NCBI GenBank assembly: GCA_965222075.1
Contig: OZ244937.1
Location: 2,048,001 to 2,112,000 of the forward strand
DNA: 64,000 nt
Source of the DNA: Candidatus Latescibacterota bacterium
Lineage (GTDB): Bacteria > Latescibacterota > UBA2968 > GCA-2709665
Direction: 5' to 3'
The notes below the pieces were generated by a model, which made no database searches, had not been told where the DNA came from, and saw only the letters and a program-made list of their open reading frames with translations. A program made the translations under genes and the position numbers. Every line of letters starts with the position of its first letter. The first letter of the stretch is position 1. Positions 57,323-64,000 of this stretch are shown here, in pieces.

Positions 57323-59341
57323 ATGTCACCCTTTCGCGATCCTGCCACTTTGGGCCGGTCAGTTGTTTCCTCTGAGGATCGACCTTTTAGAGGAGTCACC
57401 CTTCGTGCCATCGGTGTGGGACTGCTGGTCGCTGTCGCGGCGGCTCTGTGGTCCATCCATTCCGAGACGATTGCCCGGACCTCCCGTCTCAATCTCACGC
57501 AATTTCCCCTCTCCCTGGCCGCGGTCTTTTTCGTCCTGGTCCTGGTGCTGAATCCCGCCCTTGCCCTCCTTCGCCGCGGGTGGGAGCTCACTCGATCCGA
57601 GTTACTCGTCGCCCTGGGGATGGGCCTGGTCGCTGCCACCATCCCCACCGCCGGACTGACCAGCCTTCTCCTTGGCATGCTGGCCATTCCCTTCTACCAC
57701 GCCACTCCGGAAAACCAGTGGGATCTCTACTTCCTCGGTCACATCCCGGAATGGCTTGCTCCCCGCGACACTGGCCTTGCGCTCACCCACCTCTTCGAGG
57801 GGCTCCCTCACGGGGCCTCCATCCCCTGGGGGGTATGGCTCCTCCCCCTCTTCTGGTGGGGGTCTTTGATCGCCGCCGTCGCGGCCTTCTGCTTTGGCGT
57901 TGCGGTCATCCTTCGCCGACCGTGGGTCGAAGAGCAGCGTCTCGCCTATCCGCTGCTCACGCCCACGGTCACATTAACCGAGGGCCTTACGCCCGGCTCT
58001 TTCTGGTCTGACACAGTCCGGTCCCGCCTGTTCTGGGGGGGCTTCGCCATCGCCTTCGCGATCGGTACCTGGAACTACTTCTCCTTTGCCTTTCCCACAG
58101 TTCCCCGCCTCCCCAGCTTCCTGTTGGGCCGGTGGTTCCCCCTGGGCCGATACGCCCCCCCGCTTTGGACCAAGCTCAACCTCTACACGGTCGGCTTCGG
58201 CTACTTTGTCGACCTGGACATCCTCCTGGGCTTCCTGGTATTCAACGCATTCTTCACCGCGGAGATCGCCCTTTTCCGCCGTGTGGGGTACCAGATCGGA
58301 AGGGATGTGGGGGTTTTCGGCTACCTGTGGAAGCGGGGCGGCTGGGGTAACCCGGAGACAGCCTGGCAGTGCTTTGGCGCCCTGACCTTCCTGGTGCTGT
58401 GGGGCTTCTATGTAGCACGGAGGCACCTGGCCGGCGTGCTGCGCAAGGCCCTCGACACCAGTCACCCTGTTGATGATGCCGGGGAGATGCTCTCCTATCG
58501 CGCTGCCGTGGGCTGTAGCATTGCAGGGCTGGCCTACACGCTTTTCTGGTTGCACGCTGCCGGTCTGGAGCTCCGCGTGCTCCTGCCTTTCCTCTTTGCC
58601 CTTCTGATCGTTTACGTCGGCCTGGCACGTTTTGTGGCAGAAGGCGGCATCCTCTACGCCTACAGCCCTATGAGCCCTCAGGAATTCGCGGTGCGGCTTA
58701 ACGGCACTGCGTCTGTCTCGGGCTCAAGCATGACGCTCCTCACCTTCGCTTTCGTACTCCGGGGCAACGGTCCAGGGTTACTCCTCCCGTCCCTGACCCA
58801 AATCGTACGTCTGGGTGATCTGGTGAAGGAGCCGGGACGAAGGTTCGTCGGGGCAACGATTCTGGCTCTATTTGTGGCCTTCCTGACTTCGGTATCCACC
58901 ACGCTCTATTTCGGGTACACAGAGGGAGCTGCTAACCATTGGGATCTGGTCTTCAAGAATTACCCAACCAGGTTCTTCAACCGGGCCCTGAGCCACATCC
59001 GGAATCCCTCGGACATCGAATGGGCGCACTTTGCGTTTTTTGGAGTCGGCGCAGGGATTATGGCCGTCCTCACTTATCTCCGCTTCCGGTTCCCCTGGTG
59101 GCCCCTTCACCCTATTGGTTTTCCGGTTGCGGGTACCGATTGCCGGAGCTCGATCGTCAGTCTGTTCCTGATTTGGGGAATCAAATCGATTGTCCTGCGG
59201 GTTGGTGGGGCACGGTTTTACCGTCGGGGTGTCCCACTCTTCATCGGCATCCTTGTGGGGCACGCAGCGGCAGTCTTCCTCTACCACTGGATGGATCAGA
59301 TCTGGTTCCCTCGGGGCGGACACCACTTGCACGGATGGTAA
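57323..59341 (+). CDS. Multi-pass membrane protein, DUF6785/DUF6784-type (second paralogue)
   Basis: PFYHATPENQW, WLLPLFWW, PWVEEQRLAYPL, LSYRAA, WWPLHPIGF. AT-rich flanks. Confidence 0.75.
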   Translation: MSPFRDPATLGRSVVSSEDRPFRGVTLRAIGVGLLVAVAAALWSIHSETIARTSRLNLTQFPLSLAAVFFVLVLVLNPALALLRRGWELTRSELLVALGMGLVAATIPTAGLTSLLLGMLAIPFYHATPENQWDLYFLGHIPEWLAPRDTGLALTHLFEGLPHGASIPWGVWLLPLFWWGSLIAAVAAFCFGVAVILRRPWVEEQRLAYPLLTPTVTLTEGLTPGSFWSDTVRSRLFWGGFAIAFAIGTWNYFSFAFPTVPRLPSFLLGRWFPLGRYAPPLWTKLNLYTVGFGYFVDLDILLGFLVFNAFFTAEIALFRRVGYQIGRDVGVFGYLWKRGGWGNPETAWQCFGALTFLVLWGFYVARRHLAGVLRKALDTSHPVDDAGEMLSYRAAVGCSIAGLAYTLFWLHAAGLELRVLLPFLFALLIVYVGLARFVAEGGILYAYSPMSPQEFAVRLNGTASVSGSSMTLLTFAFVLRGNGPGLLLPSLTQIVRLGDLVKEPGRRFVGATILALFVAFLTSVSTTLYFGYTEGAANHWDLVFKNYPTRFFNRALSHIRNPSDIEWAHFAFFGVGAGIMAVLTYLRFRFPWWPLHPIGFPVAGTDCRSSIVSLFLIWGIKSIVLRVGGARFYRRGVPLFIGILVGHAAAVFLYHWMDQIWFPRGGHHLHGW

Positions 59342-59626
59342 AGGCGGTATGTGATCAGCGAGTGGGCTGATATCTACCTTTGCATTTTTGCATCATAGAA
59401 ACTGATCTTTCGCTCATTTCAGAAGGCAAATCCGAGATTTGACCAGCTAAGGTTATTATGGATAGTAATTTATATTTATATATAGGCCTTCAGATAATTG
59501 TTCTGAGTCATAAGGTGATGTTACCCCGAAAAAGTGGACAAGGAGTTAAGTCGCATGTAGCAGCTCGTAGTTGTGTGGGCTTTTATGGCCCAGGGTAGAG
59601 TGCCTCCGCTTCAGGAGGGTGTTCCC

Positions 59627-60607
59627 ATGCCAGAATCGATTCTGGAGAGGCTGAAGGAAGGCGTGGTACTGGGGGATGGAGGGTATCTGCTTGCCCTGGA
59701 GAAACGGGGCTACGTGCAGGCGGGGCCGTTCACGCCGGAGGTGACGATCGAGCACCCCAATGCTCTCCGCGCCCTGCACGAGGAGTTCCTGCACGCCGGG
59801 TCGGAAGTGCTCCAGGTGCTTACCTTTTATGCGAGTGAGAACAAGCTGGCGCAGATCGGCTATGCAGGCAAACTGGGTGAGATCAACCGCGCAGCGGTCA
59901 GGATCGCGCGGGAGGCCGCCGGGGATGAGGCCCTCGTTTCGGGCAATGTGTGCCTGACCTGGAAGTACCAGGAGGGGGACGCCGCTGCGGCCGATGAGTG
60001 CCGCCGCTTGTTCGACGCGCAGATCGGGTATCAGATGGAGGTGGGGGTCGATTTCTTTGTCGGCGAGACGTTTCTGTGGGTGGGGGAGGCCCTGATCGCC
60101 CTGGAGCGTATCCAGAAGACGGGTCTTCCAAGTATGGTGACGCTGGCTTTTGAAGGTCCAAAGACGCGAGACGGCAACACGCCGGGAGAAGCGGCCAGGA
60201 TGCTTGAAGGCGCCGGGGCGGATATCGTGGGTGTCAGCTGCTGGCAGGACCCGACGTTTATGCTTCCCGTGGTGGAGGAGATGCGCCAGGCCGTGAGCTG
60301 CTACGTTGCCGCCCAACCGGTTGCCTACCGATGCACGCCTGAGGAGCCTTTCTTTACCCGGTCAAAGGGGTTTCCGGACAGGCTCGATCCCTACCAGATT
60401 ACCCGCTACGAGATGGGCGAGTTTGCCAAACGGGCGCTGGACCTGGGGGTGAACTACATCGGGGGCTGCTGCGGGTGCGAGGGTTCGCACATCCGCCAGA
60501 TGGCCCGGGCGGTTGGTAAGATGCCGGTTGAAGAACGGGAGTGGGGGATCGACTACGAGCGACCCCAGTCGGCGACCGAGACGTATAAAGATCTGCGGGA
60601 AGGGTAA
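59627..60607 (+). CDS. Homocysteine S-methyltransferase, betaine-homocysteine methyltransferase-like
   Basis: GDGGYLLALEKRGYVQAGPFTPE, Zn ligands GVSC and GGCCG. AGGAGG precedes ATG 59627. Confidence 0.9.
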   Translation: MPESILERLKEGVVLGDGGYLLALEKRGYVQAGPFTPEVTIEHPNALRALHEEFLHAGSEVLQVLTFYASENKLAQIGYAGKLGEINRAAVRIAREAAGDEALVSGNVCLTWKYQEGDAAAADECRRLFDAQIGYQMEVGVDFFVGETFLWVGEALIALERIQKTGLPSMVTLAFEGPKTRDGNTPGEAARMLEGAGADIVGVSCWQDPTFMLPVVEEMRQAVSCYVAAQPVAYRCTPEEPFFTRSKGFPDRLDPYQITRYEMGEFAKRALDLGVNYIGGCCGCEGSHIRQMARAVGKMPVEEREWGIDYERPQSATETYKDLREG

Positions 60608-60700
60608 AGCCCCATTCGGTATGAACGGCGCAACGGTCTGGAGCGGTGCGGGGTTCGGATAGGCCGAGTTGCGGGAGCAACAGGAGCGCCAAAAAAGGGC

Positions 60701-60749
60701 TTGACAGAAGGATGGGAATGGAGATATCTTAGTTATGGTCGGACCATAA
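60701..60749 (+). promoter_or_regulatory. Sigma-70 promoter with FadR/GntR-type operator, no downstream gene
   Basis: TTGACA 60701-60706, 18 bp spacer, TATCTT 60725-60730. Perfect palindrome TTATGGTC-G-GACCATAA at 60733-60749. Confidence 0.65.
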
Positions 60750-60810
60750 TACCATAAATCTCTCTATGAGTTAAGGTTCAAGTTGAAAGTATTTGTTTTG
60801 TAGAAACTTA

Positions 60811-60934
60811 TACGCAATGTGTGACTTCTTTTCGTAACTCCTTGATTTTCAACAGCACCGATTTCTTCCCAAATAAGGCATTGGAAATAACCTGTTGAAA
60901 ATATAGTGGTTTAAAAAAAGTCACACATGACGTA
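60811..60934. mobile_element. MITE-like palindromic element (~120 bp) at a rearrangement junction
   Basis: Terminal IR TACGCAATGTGTGACTTCTTT vs reverse complement TACGTCATGTGTGACTTTTTT (18/21). Inner perfect IR ATTTTCAACAG (60845-60855) / CTGTTGAAAAT (60892-60902). TA at both ends. Confidence 0.7.
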
Positions 60935-61894
60935 AGGGATATAATTGCTCAACGCCGCATCGGGATGGGAATAGTAAACATCGTACAGAATCGCATCCTG
61001 TACCGAATAGAGAAACAGGTCCGCTTCAACCACGCTTCGAGCATCCCCACCCGCTGCCAGCCGGTCCAGCGCCTCCCACACCGGCGCGTTCACCACAAAA
61101 TCGTAGCCCTGGGCCAGGTCGCCCACGTGCCGGATGCCCGTGTGGTACTTATCGTACCAGATACCGGCGTACACCGGATATTCCCTAACCGGCCGCAGCC
61201 GATCACCTTCCGCAATCCCCGGGCGGCCCCGGTGCGTCTTCGGCCAGTGTGGAACCGCACACCCAAAATCATACAGAATCGCCGCCGCACGCGCCGCATA
61301 CTGCTCATCTCCCGTTATCCGATACAGCATCCCCAGCGTCTTCGCCGCCTCGATCAGATAATACACCCGCAGCGAATCCATATACTCTCCATACAGGTAG
61401 ATCCGCTTCCCGTCGGGCGCGTCGTGATAAGGATATTCCTGTGTATCCCCCCTGGGGCCGGTAATCTCAATCGTCCCGGTCCGCGGATAAAGCGCAAACG
61501 GATCCACCGTGTGTCCTCTGGGGCACCAGATCCGGTCCGGATCGTCCGGGCGCCACACCAGCCTGGCCTCGTCTCCGGTGGGACACATCGCGATTCGTGT
61601 GGTCGGCATCACCCGGCTGTTTCCGGCAATACGATTTCGCAGCGGCGCCATGCCGATGAGCTCCTCCGGAGCCACCTTCAAATACGGCTCGGCCTTCACC
61701 TTGAGGTCTTCAATCTCCTCATCCGTCAGCGCCTCGGCCAGATCTGTTAGTTGCGGGTTGCCGCGCATATCCGGCATCTGCACACGCGGGACCGGTTTCA
61801 GCCTGTCCACCCACTGCTCGGTCGGATAGAACCCGCCGTAGTATTCCCGCAACGCTGCGTCCGTCTCAGCCTCAAACTTGCCAAACTTGGACAT
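60911..61894 (-). pseudogene. 5' third of a duplicated heparinase II/III-like gene, truncated at the MITE
   Basis: Near-identical to 36494-37456 (offset 24438). Similarity stops at NYIPY, and the frame reads into the MITE (VMCDFF*). Confidence 0.9.
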
Positions 61895-62830
61895 AAGGTT
61901 TATCCCCCCGTAAGCGCAAGGGTTGTACTTTGCTCGTAAGCATAATCCCCCGGACCGGGGGTTGTCAAGCGCAATCGGCTCCCTCTGCTTCGGCAGGGAC
62001 CTGCACATTCGCTGGATTTTTCAAAAGAGGAAGAGTATATTGGTTTTCGGATATGGATCTGGTAATGTACGGTTCTGGAGGTACTGACCATGCAACCATC
62101 CGACACAACCCGGCTTCGAGCCTCCGCGCCTGCGCTCGCCCGGCTGTCCTTTTGGGTGCCCCCGGAACGGATGGCCGAATTTGAGATGGCCTACGTGGAG
62201 AAAGTGGCTCCCATTCTGGAACGCCTCGGCCTGGTGGCATCCTCTTGTCAGGCCCGAACGGCCCTGGAGGGGATCTTCAGCCGGCTGTTCGAGATACAAA
62301 CACCATCTCATATAGCAGAAATAGAGACAGCGCTTCAGAGAGACGGAAATTGGCAGGAAACGGTGCAGAGTCTCTCAACGGCCTTTACAGCAGACGGCAT
62401 ACCGGACGTGTTTCGGCACCGCCTCGGAATTTACAGTGCCCCTGCAGGACCTGGCAGGGTGGTGCCTGCCGGACGAGGACAGGGGCACTGGCGAACCTAC
62501 GACGGGGCGGACGGATTGTTGGAAAATCATGTGCGGGCAGTCCTCCAGGATCGGGACGGAAACCTCTGGTTCGGCACCGAAGTCGGGGCCTGCCGATATG
62601 ACGGTCGAACCTGGGCTACGTTCACTATGCAGGACGGCCTGGGAGACAATTATGTGCAGGCGATTTTCCAGGATCGAGACGGACAGCTCTGGTTCGGCAC
62701 CAGAGGCGGCGTGAGTTGTTATGACGGACAGACATTTACCTCCTTCACGGTTCAGGACGGTCTGGCCGACAACAGCGTATTTTCAATTTTCCAGGACCGG
62801 GACGGAATCCTCTGGTTCGGCACCGGCAGT
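60932..62830 (+). repeat. Near-identical direct duplication of ~36494-38390, with patchy similarity continuing to ~63530
   Basis: Constant 24438 bp offset, checked at 36494/60932, 37652/62090 and 38803/63241. Confidence 0.92.
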
Positions 62831-64000
62831 TTTCGCGCCAGCGGCCGTGGCGTCAGTCGATACGATGGACAGCGCTTTACCACGCTCACGACAAACGATG
62901 GCCTGGCGGACGACACAGTGCTTTCGATCTTCCAGGACCGGGACGGAATCCTCTGGTTCGGCACCCGAGACGGCGTGAGCTGTTATGACGGGCAAACCTT
63001 TACTTCGTTTACCGTTCAGGACGGTCTGGCCGACAACAGCGTATTTTCAATTTTCCAGGACCGGGACGGAATCCTCTGGTTTGGCACCAACGGGGGGGCC
63101 AGTCGATACGATGGACAGCGCTTTGCCACGCTCACGACAAACGATGGCCTGGCGGACAATGTGGTGCGCTCGGTCTGCCAGGATCGGGAGGGACTCCTCT
63201 GGTTCTGTACCCACGGGGGTGTGAACTGCTACGATGGACAGAAGTTTACGACCTTTACTTCTCAGAACGGCCTGGCGGACAGTGTGGTGCGCTCGGTCTG
63301 CCAGGATCGGGAGGGACACCTCTGGTTCGGCACGATGGGCGGCGGTGTCAGTCGATATGACCAGCAGCGATTTATCACCTTCACAACAGACGATGGCCTG
63401 GCAGGCAATTGGGTGCGATCGATCCTTCAGGACCGCAAGGGACACCTCTGGTTCGGCATCTGCGGGGGCGGGGTGTGCCGGTACGATGGAGAGACCTTTT
63501 CTACCTTTTCCACACAAGACGGACTGTTAGACGTGGGCGTGCGGTCGATCCTTCAGGACCGCAAGGGACACCTCTGGGTCGGCGCCGAAATCGGTTTAAG
63601 CCGGTATGATGGAGAAAACTGGATCAACTACACGCCGGAGGACGGTCTGCCGGAAAATCCGGTCTTTTCCATCTTCCAGGACCGGGAAGAAAACCTCTGG
63701 ATCGGCATGATGTCCGGCGTGTGCCGGTACGATGGGCAGCATTTTACGACCTACACAACGGACGATGGACTGGCAAGTAACGATGTGCGGACGCTCTACC
63801 AGGATAGTGAGGGAACGCTCTGGGCCGGCACCGAGGGCGGCATCAGCCGGTACGATGGGCAGACCTGGACGACGGTTACCACACAGGATGGTTTGAGTAC
63901 CAACCGGACCTGGGTGATCTTCCAGGACCGGGAAGAAAACCTCTGGTTTGGAACCGTGGGGGATGGCGTATGCCGGTACGATGGGCAGACCTGGACATCG
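62090..64000 (+). CDS. Second Reg_prop propeller sensor protein (paralogue of 37652; 3' end off window)
   Basis: Same MQPSDTTRL start followed by QDRxGxLWxGT...RYDG repeats, in frame to the window edge. The output domain is not visible. Confidence 0.9.
   Translation, partial: MQPSDTTRLRASAPALARLSFWVPPERMAEFEMAYVEKVAPILERLGLVASSCQARTALEGIFSRLFEIQTPSHIAEIETALQRDGNWQETVQSLSTAFTADGIPDVFRHRLGIYSAPAGPGRVVPAGRGQGHWRTYDGADGLLENHVRAVLQDRDGNLWFGTEVGACRYDGRTWATFTMQDGLGDNYVQAIFQDRDGQLWFGTRGGVSCYDGQTFTSFTVQDGLADNSVFSIFQDRDGILWFGTGSFRASGRGVSRYDGQRFTTLTTNDGLADDTVLSIFQDRDGILWFGTRDGVSCYDGQTFTSFTVQDGLADNSVFSIFQDRDGILWFGTNGGASRYDGQRFATLTTNDGLADNVVRSVCQDREGLLWFCTHGGVNCYDGQKFTTFTSQNGLADSVVRSVCQDREGHLWFGTMGGGVSRYDQQRFITFTTDDGLAGNWVRSILQDRKGHLWFGICGGGVCRYDGETFSTFSTQDGLLDVGVRSILQDRKGHLWVGAEIGLSRYDGENWINYTPEDGLPENPVFSIFQDREENLWIGMMSGVCRYDGQHFTTYTTDDGLASNDVRTLYQDSEGTLWAGTEGGISRYDGQTWTTVTTQDGLSTNRTWVIFQDREENLWFGTVGDGVCRYDGQTWTS

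Overview
GC-rich Gram-negative bacterial DNA. The gene style (DUF6785-type membrane proteins, heparinase II/III-like lyases, a PorV-like barrel, a T9SS-type C-terminal domain) suggests an FCB-superphylum candidate phylum such as Latescibacterota; this is inference. Layout: (i) 1-4.8 kb, minus-strand operon with two aldo/keto reductases, two MFS transporters and a SIS protein. (ii) 5.1-11.6 kb, two tandem heparinase II/III-like paralogues, each carrying a related 31-33 bp palindromic micro-insertion, separated by a highly structured ~200 nt element. (iii) TetR plus RND efflux operon, nadA, M20 amidohydrolase and a stand-alone mraY. (iv) An archaeal-type thrS preceded by a Thr-rich leader-peptide attenuator and broken by two IS elements (IS200/IS605 and ISKra4-like), followed by a short divergent metG and prs. 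(v) 31-56 kb, a candidate SusD-less glycan-utilisation locus. A 14-blade propeller/Y_Y_Y sensor with no visible membrane anchor is fused directly to a sigma-54 AAA+ activator. Its enhancer-like repeats and a consensus -24/-12 promoter precede STAS, a TonB-dependent receptor, a T9SS-CTD protein and a PorV-like barrel, and lyases and hydrolases flank the cluster. (vi) 56-64 kb, IS debris, a second DUF6785-type gene, a BHMT-like methyltransferase, an orphaned promoter/operator, a ~120 bp MITE-like palindrome, and a partial duplication of the lyase/regulator pair. No rRNA, tRNA or CRISPR array was seen. All family calls come from motif recognition by eye; no searches were run.
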